DNA of 64,000 bases from Podarcis filfolensis (Eukaryota). Shown one piece after another: positions 37,511-49,958 of the stretch (its first letter is position 1; each line of letters begins with the position of its first letter). The DNA lies in the NCBI GenBank assembly GCA_964270895.1, contig OZ185443.1, one strand, 5' to 3'. The notes beneath the pieces were generated by a model. It searched no databases, was not told the DNA's origin, and saw nothing but the letters and a program-made list of their open reading frames with translations. The position numbers and the translations under genes are program-made.

Positions 37511-39050
37511 TAAAATTTCTACACTGTCCTCCTGGTAGATCAAGGAGTTCTAGAAATAAAGTAGATTCTGCAAGCCTGTCCCTCTGTAAGCTGATTCAAT
37601 GGAATTCCTACAGCAAATGCTCCAATTCTAATGTGTGAACATCCAGACTAAGTTTCCCTGCTAGCTGCAGTTAAATCGGGTTGGGAGGCAGCACATGTGG
37701 GATCTCATGCATGCACAATGGCTCCCCCAATGTTGGGAGCAATGTTGGGGCATCTGCCGACAGCCCCAAGAGCCCTCCCTCCACCTTCCCAAATGGAGAG
37801 GAGGCAGGAGGGCTCCAGCATTCTGTCAGAGCCCGGGCACCTCCTTCCCAAAGCTCAGGAAGCTTCTGTCTGACTTAGGGAGACGTGATGCGTACACATG
37901 CAACATCAAGATGTCACAAGTACAACATCATCCCGCCCCCCATCACCCTTGCAAGCTGGTGCCTGTGGCCCTAACTGTTCTCCTGCCAAAAAATTCACCC
38001 CATGCCACTGCTCTCAATCCACATGAAAATCTAACATTGATGCTTCTGCAGTACAGTGAACTTGACCACAGTTCAGCCTTGATTGCAGCATTGTGGTGAG
38101 GTTAAGGTGGGATAAATTGGTGGTTAGCACAGAATCTAGGGGTGGGGAAGCCTACTATTCTTCTGACAAGATGGAGTTGGTCAAAAGCAGGGCTGGTGAT
38201 TGATGTGGCCTGAAGCTCCAAGCACAGCTAGAAAGCCACAAGTATATAGAAGTGAGAAAGCCACCTTAGCCAAGGAACTCTTTATACACACCATCTACAC
38301 TGCATGTCCCTGTGGTCACAAGGGGTGCTATTGTTAGCCTACTCTCCCCACCACAGTCTCTCACTGTTGCAGATAAGCACGGATCCAGTTCACAAGTGGT
38401 CTCTTGCAAACCCCGGACATGTCTTCCAAGCCACGTTAGTGACACCAAATGAAACAAACAAGCCACAACTGATTTTCCGAAGTCTCAGAGTCTGAAACTG
38501 CTTTCAAACATGTGGTGCCTAGCCCAATATAATCAGCTTCATTCATCAAGATCACAGCAAGCAAGTTTTAAGGTAATCTCCAGGAAAGCACAAACTGTTC
38601 ATGAAGCCGTTTGCCCCCGGTGCAGTTGTGTCAGACAGTTGTGCCAGACAGCATCCTGTAGATATACAATGAGTGTAATGATTTCTTTGGTGCTGGCACT
38701 AAAATGGCATAGTCTTTTTTTTTAAAAAAAAAACCCAACACAACCAATATGTGCAGCACTGCATGGGCTTTGTTTAATTACCTGCTTTCCCACTTCGTTC
38801 ACACCCTGTGTCGCCTAAAGAGAATTGTGCCAATGAAAATATGCAAGGCCTGGGAGCAAGCATGTAAATTCTTAAGTGAAAGGCAAACCTCCTTTTGCTC
38901 AGTCTTCATTCAAAGATGTGCTGTGGCATTGTAAAGTCATGAGAGCTGTGAATTAGATCTATACTGCTTATTCCAGTACATGTGTAAGAATGACTGGTGT
39001 CTTAAAAAGCAATGATTATTATCCCTTCCTCCAATTTCTCAGGATTCCAT

Positions 39051-39258
39051 TGTTGTTGTTTAGTCATTTAGTCATGTCCGACTCTTCGTGACCCCATGGA
39101 CCAGAGCACGCCAGGCACTCCTGTCTTCCACTGCCTCCCGCAGTTTGGTCAAATTCATGCTGGTAGCTTTGAGAACACTGTCCAACCATCTCGTCATCTG
39201 TCGTCCCCTTCTCCTTGTGCCCTCCATCTTTCCCAACATCAGGGTCTTTTCCAGGGAG
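39051..39258 (-). mobile_element. BovB (RTE) LINE 3' end
   Basis: SLEKTLMLGKMEGTRRRGRQMTRWLDSVLKATSMNLTKLREAVEDRSAWRALVHGVTKSRT, with a (CAA)n tail. Confidence 0.92.
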
Positions 39259-42045
39259 TTTGGTAGGATAGTAAATGCTAGCAGATGCCCTTGTATCCTA
39301 GCCACCACTCCTAGTTCCTGAAGACTGAGTTTGCTAGGAAGTTCTGTCTGTGACCCATCTTTTGGGAAACAATGGGATATTGTGTTCCAGATCCAAATCT
39401 TGAAACAAACCTGCAAGTACAGTAGTTTCTCTCTTTCCCCAGAAAACAGTAGCCATGGTCAACTGCAGTATCTACATTGCCAATGTTCTCCTGCCCCTAC
39501 TGAAGATTCAATTATACAGCCCATAATGCATGTACCACCAACAAACCATATAATGGTTTGAGGTTTCTTCATACTAAGAGTCATGGATTTCCCACACAAT
39601 AACAACAAATGAGCCGTTTCATACACACCTATCTCAGTACCTCCAGTGATCTCAGTCTGCAAGACAGCAATTAATTCTGCAAATGTGTGCATCTTGATCA
39701 TGGATCTGAAGTAAGCTGGTGTCTGTCAGCAGATACAAGGCTGCAGACAGAGTAATCAGGTCAAATTGAATCCAACAGTCAGACTAGTAGCAAGCAACAG
39801 CAGAGGCAAGTCAGCAATCCCTGTCCCTTCCCTACCATAGTAATAATTTGCACCCGTGCTATAGTAAGTTTCTATGCAGAAGTCCGTGTTCCATAACCTT
39901 CCAAAAAAAGTATAAGATGTCAAATGTCCCCCTCTTCATGTCAGCCCTGTCTGGGTGTTCAGTTCACTTGGGTGAAGACTAAAACATGAAGGACAGCGAG
40001 GACATGCTGGCCTCCAGGTTCTAAGGACTTAACTATAGAGCTGCAAATATAACGTTTTAACTGTGTTTTAAGTGCATTATACAAATGTGACACTAGATGG
40101 CAATGGTGAACGAATGACACACACACACACACAAGCGCATTTTTAAAAAATGTATTTTCACAGCATTTTTCATATATATGTAAATTCCACCTAAATCACT
40201 TTAGGAACCTCCAAAAGTACAGAAATCTCCTTGCTTCAGAATGCTGCCCTGCAACTCACGGAAGGCTGTCAAGGACTAAAAAATAAATAAACGCTCCGAA
40301 TATGCTCTGCAAAAAACCATTGTAAAGCTCACAATTGAAAATATCACTGAGTTGCGATTTCATCTCTACAGCGCCATTTGGTGCCACAGTGTTATAACAC
40401 ATTGATAATGCTGTATTTTGACTAATGTAGCTGAGTCGAAGGAGAAAAACACAAACTGGGGGAGACGGGAATTGTCAGCCTGCTGCTTCATGCGGTTGTC
40501 TTCATGTAAAATATGAACTGAACACCCAAACAGGACTACTGTGTACAAGATTAAATGGAATACAGTTACTGGACGTGCTGCTTGTCAGACTTAAACATGG
40601 GAAGTTATGCACATAAACTAAACCTGAACACTCATATTACTGTAAGGATTGCCAACATGATTTGTGGCCCGTTAATAGGCAGTACTGCTTGCTACGGAAG
40701 TGTCCCCACATCTTGTAGCATAATCCCTAGAACCCAGAGAGTATATATACACCAGCACTGAATTGTCTGACTTGCAGTCCTAAGGTTTCCTGGAGAGGTC
40801 TTTCCTAGTCTTGGCATTTGAGCAGCGAGAGGAGCCAAGGATTAAACCGGAGATCTTCTGCACGCAAAACATATGTTCTTCCAGCCAGCCCCTTTGCTGT
40901 GTTTGTAGGGCATCACAACAACAGGAAGAATGGATGTACTGCTCTTTGCTTCATCCCTCGGAATGAGGGATGTGTATGCATGTGAAGAATTTGTCCAGCT
41001 ATTATACAGTAATGTATCAGCAGCAGAACAGAGCTTTCTTTAGAATAGCAATCTTACCTCCACACATACTCCATGTAGCTTCAAGGAAATCCTTAGCAAA
41101 CCACAGAAAAATCAACTGTCCAGCTCAAGCAGAACGCACTTAAAATAAAAGCTTCCATTCAGGTGGGCATGTTATCTTTTTATTCTCTCTTATACCACCT
41201 CTCTGAGCATCTGCTTCAAGAGCCTTTCAGCTGTTTAGTAAGGAGACCACACATTACACAAACCACAGCATTCACAGCACAGTTTCCATAGTAACCATCT
41301 TATTAAAGCAGCCATCTGCTTTAAATATTAAACTTCATAAGACCATCATGGCTTTAAAACAATATCACATGTTCATGAAATATTAAAACGGGGAACAAAG
41401 GGCTGCAAAGAAGAACAACTCCTGATTTTATTTTATTTTAAAGTCTGATGGGTTATCCTGGAGTTTGTTCTGACTCTTTAGAAACATAAATGTGTAAATG
41501 TGTAACAAATCCATAAATATACCTACTGCAAAAACAGTGTGTCTCTCTCTCTGTGTGACTATTATTTTTGCATATTCACAGAGCAAGCAAACAAAAACTA
41601 CATAAGTAGGGACTTTCCAAGGTTTTTTTTTTAACGCAAATTTAAACACATTTCATTTTAATAATCATTCATTCTTTATCACTTTTTAAGTACCAGATCT
41701 CATGAGCATTGCAAAAGAAGTGTTTGAGACAATGGGGCACAAGATAGGTGTCCCTTTCCTGCACTGTTAAAGGTCTCATATTGTGCACAATAAATTTACT
41801 AGGAGATCATCTGTGAAGGATAGAATTACAACACAATGTCAAGTCTTCTTTCCAAATAAAGTATGAGGTCTGGAACCTTTAAATACTTTATCAGCAGCAA
41901 TTCAAATTCAAATAGCAACCTGCTTTACTTAATGGTGACTTCAAGTTTAGATTTTATTATTATTTATTGAATTTATATACCGCCCTATACTCGGAGGTCT
42001 CAGGACAGTTCACAGAAAAGATCAACATAAAAATCACAATATATA

Positions 42046-42543
42046 ATAATAATAATAATATCTTTATTGTCATTGCCCCCTCTCAGGGACAACGAAATTA
42101 CTTGACTGCTCCATAAAAACACTAATTAAAACAATACAGTATAGTACAGCAAGGAAGATTAGATGACTTTCAAAGTCCAGGCTTCCCATTCAGGGCCGAG
42201 ATCGCTCTGGAAAAGAAGCTGTTCTTAAGACGGCTTGTTCTTGTCTTCATCGTCCTGTATCTCCGTCCCGACGGCAGGAGCTCGAAGAGACAGTGACCAG
42301 GATGTGATGGATCTTTTACTATGTCCAGTGCCTTCCTATGGCACCTTGTGGCAGAAATCTGCTCTAAGGTGGAGAGTGGGCAGCCAACAATGCTCTCTGC
42401 TGCCTTAACAACTCTGCACAACCTCATCCTGTCCTGGGTAGTACAGCTTCCGTACCACACACATAAGCCATAAGTGAGCACGCTCTCAATGGCACAGTGA
42501 TAGAAGGCAAGCAGCAGTTTCTGCGGAAGATGGTTTTTCCTTC
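42046..42543 (-). mobile_element. Rex1/Babar LINE 3' fragment
   Basis: LTYGLCVWYGSCT..DPSHPGHCLFELLPSGRRYRTMKTRTSRLKNSFF, typical of the Rex1 ORF C-terminus; 3' end caatgacaataaag + (ATT)n. Confidence 0.85.
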
Positions 42544-42669
42544 TATATAATCAAAATAAAAACAACCCAGTAACACACACACACACACACACACACCGAA
42601 AAAGAGCTACATTTTAAAGGGGCATAGGATGTCAGTCAGATCAACCAAAGGTCTGGTTAAAAAGGAACG

Positions 42670-42890
42670 TTTTTGCCCAGCGCCTAAAGGTGTATATAAT
42701 GAAGGTGCCAGGTGAACTTCCCTGGGGAGAGTATTCCACAGATGGGGACCCACCGCAGAGAAGAACCGTTCTCGTGTCGCCACCCTCCTGACCTCTTCAG
42801 GAGGAGGTACATGAAGAAGGGCCTCAGAAGATGATCTCAGGGTCTGGGTAGGTTCATATGGGAAGAGGTGGTCCTTGAGGTATTGTCTTC
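42670..42890 (-). mobile_element. L2 LINE fragment
   Basis: Reverse-strand similarity to the 25230-25430 portion of the L2 above. Confidence 0.6.
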
Positions 42891-43861
42891 TCTATTTAAA
42901 TGTAGTCATTTTGTTCACTGACATTTCATACTGTTTGGTTATTGGAGGAGTACTAGCAAGTTTTATTTTGTTTTGTTTTTTTAAAATACCCATAGAAGCA
43001 GTGAGCAATTTCTACCCTAGCCCTCAAGAAGCAATGGCATATGCAACAGGTCCTGCCCTACACACAGTGTTTATCAAAGTCCAGCAAAAGGGTTCCTTTT
43101 TCAGTTTTCCTTCTTTTCTGCTCCATAGCTGTTCTCCCCCTTTTTTCTTTTAAAGTAAGGTTATCTAAGGCAATGCATTCTTTTCAGATAGTCAGATGCA
43201 CCACTTCTTGAGGACTACTCCGGAGTCATTCGGCAGTGAAGAACTTCAGAAATAAGAGGTTTACAACTCAAGACTGCTGTATTCCAAAAAGGAATCCTCT
43301 CTTCCTCTTGAACTCAATCTCTGTTTGAAGCACAGGAACTTTTGCTTGCATCAGTCAAGCAACTCAGAGGCCTATGGGCCACTGCTGTGTCCTGCCATGC
43401 CTTGATGCACTTTCAAGCAACATTCTTCTACAGATACAAAATTACAAAGTAGTCTCTCAGTTCTGCCCTCAAATACCTAAGATCCACTTCTTCAAAAGCA
43501 AAGGAGGAAGAATAATTCAGCTCTTAGGTGCGGCTTCTGCTAAACCAGCTATTCAGGATTTCTCTTTCTTCTACTGTTTAGATGACAAACCCATGACAGC
43601 GTCTGTATTTATTCTGAGATATTAATCTAAACTGACACATAGTGCTTGCCTTCCGGCAGAAACCTCTTTCCCAATGTCCTGCACATCTATCAATCCTATT
43701 CTCTAAAAATTAAGCTCTGTAGAATCCCCAACAATCTCCAAAGCACTCTGGCAGCTAAGTGCAAAGGGCAAAGTCCTCATGAGCATTCATTTATATTTAT
43801 TATTATTATTATTATTATAGCTGCCTCACATTGTTAATCAGGCTTTACAATAATGATAATA

Positions 43862-44216
43862 GGTAAAGGTAAAGGGACCCCTGACCATTAGGTTCAGTCA
43901 TGACCGACTCTGGGGTTGCGGCGCTCATCTCGCTTTATTGGCTGAGGGAGCTGGCGTACAGCTTCCAGGTCATGTGGCCAGCAAGACTAAGCTGCTTCTG
44001 GCGAACCAGAGCAGTGCACGGAAACGCCGTTTACCTTCCCGCCAGAGTGGTACCTATTTATCTACTTGCACTTTGACGTGCTTTCGAACTGCTGGGTTGG
44101 CAGGAGCAGGGACTGAGCAACGGGAGCTCACCCCGTCGTGGGGATTCGAACCGCCAACCTTCTGATTGGCAAGTCCTAGGCTCTGTGGTTTAACCCACAG
44201 CGCCACCCGCGTCCCT
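43862..44216 (-). mobile_element. Sauria SINE, full length
   Basis: Same family. TSD AATAATGATAATA (43849-43861, 44219-44231). Confidence 0.9.
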
Positions 44217-45722
44217 AGAATAATGATAATACTGGTGAAATAATAACAAGTGGTCTGTAACACTTCAAGCAAGGACTCCCATGATTCCTTGATTCTCTGT
44301 TCTAAAACACCGCACAGAGAAAACAAGTTGCCACACCTATCCTTCTCCCTGACACGCTACTCTTCTACATGTAGGGAATATTCTTCCCTATGCAGAAACA
44401 GCCATCCATTCAACCTGCAGATTGTATCTCGAGTCACAACACACAGACATATTTACTCACAGAAATATGTTTACCGTGTCATCTCAAAACAGCATGCCTT
44501 TCTTTTGTAGTACTTTTGCGATAAGAACTGTCAGGAACGATATCTTGTTAACCACAGTGTTTCCCAACTGGCAAACTATTGTAGACTTCTTGTTTTTTCA
44601 AAAGCCAAGCCATGGACCCCCTACTTTTGAAAATGTTGATATCTCAGTGGCAGTTTTGGTCATGTGAATGCTGCATTTCCCAGCACAAAACTGGGTTGTG
44701 TGTCTTCCAGAGCCATGAGAGCCATGTGAGAGCACAGTGGTCCCTAAACACATATTTTTGGGCACCATGATCTCCCATGAGATGTGCGTCTGGCCACAAC
44801 CTCACACATTTCTGGGCACTGTGCTCTCACGTGAAAGCATGCTCTCTGAAAAATGGGATGTGACAGACAGTTGATGGGTATGTGTCACGGACCCCCTGGG
44901 TGGGTTACACAAACCCCCCGGGGTCCACAGACCCACAATTGGGGACTGCTGTCTTAGTAGATTCACAGCACAATCCTAACCATTTCTATTCAAGAGTAGG
45001 TCCTATTGAATTCAATTAGGTTTACACCCAGTTAAGTGGGGTTAGGACTGCAGCCTTACCATTCCAAAAACTTGTGGAAACTATTGGGATTCTGGACATT
45101 ATATGTAATTTTAGCATGCAATGTTAACACATGTTTTTGACAGAATAATGCAATAGTAGAGTTGGAAGGGACACCTGTTGGAAGTCCAAGCCCCTAAAAT
45201 GCAGAAATGCTGCCCACAGCTCGAAACACATACCTTCTGGTTAACGGCCAGACCCACTGTCCCACTGCTAAATTGTTTTAAAATTACTGGTTTTATGGTG
45301 TGTGTTTTTTTTAATGTAACTTGCTTTTAATGTTTGTTTTTATATGGCTTTTGTAAAGTGCTTGGCGTTTTTCTCCCTCAAGTAAGCAGTATATAAATTT
45401 AATAAATAAATAATTTAAAATAAAGAAAAAGAAAAGAAAAGAATATGGTGCCCCTGCAGGCAATCATGTTGTCTGACCATGGCAGTCAGCACTGTAGTAA
45501 CTAACATAAGATGGAGGTGGGGTGGGGGGTAGAATGGTAAGTGGGTCCATTCATATGTCTTGAACTGAAACCTGTCAATTACATGAAGATGTTGTTTTCA
45601 GGTTGTTTGAGTCAAAGTTAAAACTAAAGGTTTGGGTTTTTGTTTTTGTTTTAAAAAAGAGAGAGAGATTTATACCCTGGGAGAAGTACTTCAGGAGTTT
45701 CTTCACACACTTGACTGGATTA

Positions 45723-45944
45723 CAGTGGTACCTTGGGTTACAGACACTTCAGATTACAGACGCTTCAGGTTATAGACCTGGAAGTAGTACCTCGGGTTAA
45801 GAACTTTGCTTCAGGATGAGAACAGAAATCGTGCAGCGGCAGTGGAAGGCCCCATTAGCTAAAGTGGTACCTCAGGTTAAGAACAATTTCAGGTTAAGAA
45901 CGGACCTCCAGAACGAATTAAGTTCTTAACCCGAGGTACCACTC
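45723..45944. mobile_element. Tc1/mariner MITE (same family as 31059)
   Basis: Same TIRs and interior, TA TSD. Confidence 0.88.
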
Positions 45945-48900
45945 TACGTGAAAAACACTTTGAGAAGGATACCATTGTTTCACAGAACTGAATTCTGTAT
46001 GCCAGTTAATGCCAAAATGTAAAGCTGTATGTGTCTCCTCAGAAGTAAAACCCATTCAGTTCAATGGGGCTTGCTCTCAGTTAAGTGGGCAGGGAACTGC
46101 AGCCATGGAATTTCAATTCTGTGCAATGGCTTGTTGCTTGTTTTAATTCCTCCAGTCTCTTTCTTAAGAAAACTTCAAAAACAGCGTATTTTTTATAAGG
46201 GTTTGGCTGTGGTTTTAGTCACAGTGTAATTTTTAAAAAGAGTGTAGTGAGCAGAGTACGGCATTTAAAATTAGCTAAATGCCATGGGGTGGCAATAATT
46301 AAACTGCCACTGGTTATCTGATATATTTGAAACAAGAACTGAAACACATTAGCAGCCAACTCAGTTTCAGGAGGTGAACTAAAAAGGTGCAGCACAGATT
46401 TGACTGGCAGTTCCAAAGCCTGTATAAATCTAGAGAATCTGAACAAAACAAATCTGGAAAAAAAGAAAAGACAGGTAATGAGAAGCAATTTCTGACAACA
46501 GAGCCACAGTTGTTCCCATTTTTTTTAAAAAAAATCATGCTTCGCTTACATCCGAAAGTGTTACTTTTACGGCTTGTTAAGAGTAAAGACTGTCAAGATG
46601 TGGTATAATTAACAATTGCCCACTCTCAAGAGTGTTTCTGGGAATGTCTTGCATTGGACATGCAACCTTCTGGTGATTCATGTAATCACCCAATGGGAAG
46701 TCTCCCAGCCTCCCTTGTGCTCAGTGGGTGATCATCATTGATGAAATGAGGAGGAGGAGAATTATGCAGGCCACGTTGAGCTCCTTAGAGAAAAAAGTGG
46801 GGTACAAATGTAGCAGATAACAAAGCAAGAAAATCCATTCATTCATCAAGGGACACGAGAAGTTTGATCATGGGCATCATCAATTTAAGGATACTATATG
46901 CATCACATTCTTAACAGAGCTGCAAAGTAAAATTCTGCACTCACTTCAGGGTGGGAATCCAAACAAAATGTGGTCTCATGAATAGCTCAGCACACACTCT
47001 TCATTGTCATCCTGCATGCACTGAGAAAGCTCAATAAGTACCGTTTGTCTAATTAAGGACCCATTTTGGCCAACAGTTTCATCATTATCTTACACACAGC
47101 AGCACGGATGCCCCCACTGTTTGTTTTTAGGCCCAGCAAAACCACTTCTATTTACCCAGGCTTTTGATCCTTAATTGGAAGAGTAACTGGCTAAGTCTGT
47201 GTTCTTTTTTTTTTTACTCACCCCTTTAAGTGGGGTAGTAGGATTTGTCCCCCTCCCCCTACGCACACCACTTCCTTTTCTAAGATATTCATGGCACATT
47301 TACAAACTTAATGTATGGCATACTGAGTGGTTGATTAGCCTGAGCAGATCCCACAGTCTTCATAATTAATAATGGAAGTGTGCAAAACCCTGATATCCAC
47401 AACTGATATTGCAGAAAGATAATTACACGGCTCCAGTCATACAAAGTCTTCTGCATATGAAATCCATATGTGGAACTGTGGAATGAATGTCTTTTTTTAT
47501 TTTCCACCAATACCCGTTCTTTCCAACATGGAATTGTAAAAGTGGCAAACGGATTCTAATAAAGAATCTGAGACAAGTCCTTTCAGAAGAATATGTCACA
47601 ACACGAGCTCCTTTTGTACTTTTATAAAATGTTCCAAGTCACTACACACTCGAAGAAATGGAAGCTTACGACGATGAAGAAAGCGCCATCAAATTTATTC
47701 TGAGTTGCCTGAAACGCTTATTCAGGCTAGTTAGTGGCTGCATGAGTAAAGTTACGTGCTCACATACCCAACGTGCATTTTCCTAGCATGTGTGTTTCCC
47801 CACCTCCCGCCCAACTGCTCTGTTGAGTCTACGCCAACATCCGTGATCCAGGTCATTTTAGCGAGCCTGATACAGCACTTGCTAGCTGTTACATAACTGC
47901 CCTCAGGAATTCTGGGATAGTGTTTGTAAACACTACAGCCATGTGCGCGAAGCCACGTTGCGAGACATCAGAATGACCTGGAACGCCTGCTTTCGAGGTA
48001 AACCCTGACACTACAATGTTTGTACATCCGAGCTGCGCTGCAGGGCTAAGACCAGCGTGTTCCAGTCTATTTTGCCCTAGCAAGTTTCATCACCGGTGCC
48101 CACAAATGGCCCACAAATGTCAATCAATTCATGCTGCCAGGCATTTTTCTCCCAAAGAGAACTTCAAGGCAAAGCGTCTTCAATTCAGGGACCAAGAGCT
48201 GTGCTTTCTACTTCCAGCATTGGTTGATTTGATATATACAACAGGCAAAGAAATGATAAGAGTACCACAAGGATACACAGACATTTAACAGTATAAATGC
48301 AGCAGCACAGAAGCAGGCTTTCGGTGTTTAAAGGAGGAGACATTTAACTATTTCCACTCATCACAGTTGTATGGAAAACACACAAACAAAGCTCTATCAC
48401 TTCCCCTCTTTCTTAGAGAAGCTTTCCTTTTGAAAAACAGCTGAAGGGGTTCACTGAAAATGTAATTCATAATCATGTACATTAAATGTTCTACTAATGT
48501 ATCCAGGCAAATGGAAAAAGGTGGGGGGGGGGAGTGAATAGATTTGCCTCTGCCAAGCTATTTTAAATGCAGCTGCGAATCCCATTTGCTTTTGACCTTT
48601 ACTGCAAGAGGAGAGAAAAGGATGGAGTTAAAAGGTTGCTAAGCCCTGCTGAGTTTGCATTTCTTCAGACCGTTTAAGCCAGGAATAAGAAGGAAAATAG
48701 GCGAGGCCCGCCCCAAACTAAAACAAAGGGAGAACCTTAGAAAAGACAACAATATTTTTTTTCTTTTGAAGTAAGGTAACATGTCATTTGGAAAGAGAAA
48801 AGAGTTCTAGAACTCTCATCAATCAAGAAATAAATTTTCAATAGAAGAGATATAAGAAGTGTGGGGTTTAACCATAATGTGACACAACCTCAGCGTACAC

Positions 48901-49603
48901 TTACCTGGAAGCAAGACCCATTGAACAAGGGTGTTCTAATTAATTAATTAATTAATTTGTTAGTTGCTTTATCTTGTCCAAGGCAATGCAAAGTGAATTA
49001 CAACCAACCAACCAACCAACCAACCAACCAGACAAAAACAACCCCCGCACACGTAGATGCATCAAAACCAGCGGAAGGAAACAGATTTTTAAAAACCCCA
49101 CTCACTTCAAAATTATAACTCTCATTTGCCCACAAATTCTTGGAGATTCTAGGAAAGCGAAAGCAGGGGGTGCCAAGAGGAGGTTGGCAAACAACCACCA
49201 CCACCACCCAACAACAACAAACCACCTTTGGTAACAGAATTTCTTTCTACTGCAAACATTTATCCAAGAACTGCTTGGATCCTATGAGCGAGCCTATGTC
49301 TCCAGCATTCACAGTTGCTTCCATCCTTGAGATATGGATCACTCATGAGATCCAAGCAGTTATTGGAGAAAAGGAGAATCACCTTCCCAAACAGTACCGG
49401 GTATTGCTTCAGGAGAACAGTCCCACAGACCTCCAAGAAATTAAAGAGAACTGCACCCACCACATCTCTCTTCTGAGTAAGCATGCTTAGGATAGCTGCA
49501 TGATAGTCTTTGCACTTGTGTTTGAAAGTTGGTGCCGCCATATGTGACAGCATACCCTGCTCAAACAACTATGAATGTGTAGCAGCCTGCTCACCTTAAA
49601 CAA

Positions 49604-49958
49604 AAAGGTAAAGGACCCCTGACAGTTAAGTCCAGTCGTGAACAACTCTGGGGTTGCAGCGCTCATCTCGCTTTATTGGCCGAGGGAGCCGACGTTTGTC
49701 CGCAGACAGTTTTTCCGGGTCATGTGGCCAGCATGACTAAGCCGCTTCTGGCGAAACCAGAGCAGCGCACAGAAACACCATTTACCTTCCCACCACAGCA
49801 GTACCTATCTATCTACTTGCACTGGTGTGCTTTCAAACTGCTAGGTTGGCAGGAGCAGGGACCAAGCAGCGGGAGCTCACCCTGTTGCGGGGATTCGAAC
49901 CGCAACTTTCTTATTGGTAACCTCAGTGATTTAGACCACAACACCACCCGCATCCCAC
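49604..49958 (-). mobile_element. Sauria SINE
   Basis: Same family body and tail; TSD uncertain. Confidence 0.85.

Noticed and set aside
48898-48907. Strong minus-strand donor CAG|GTAAGT
   Set aside because: It sits in a short dispersed repeat motif (related text near 46050 and 59100), and no upstream acceptor or exon is evident.
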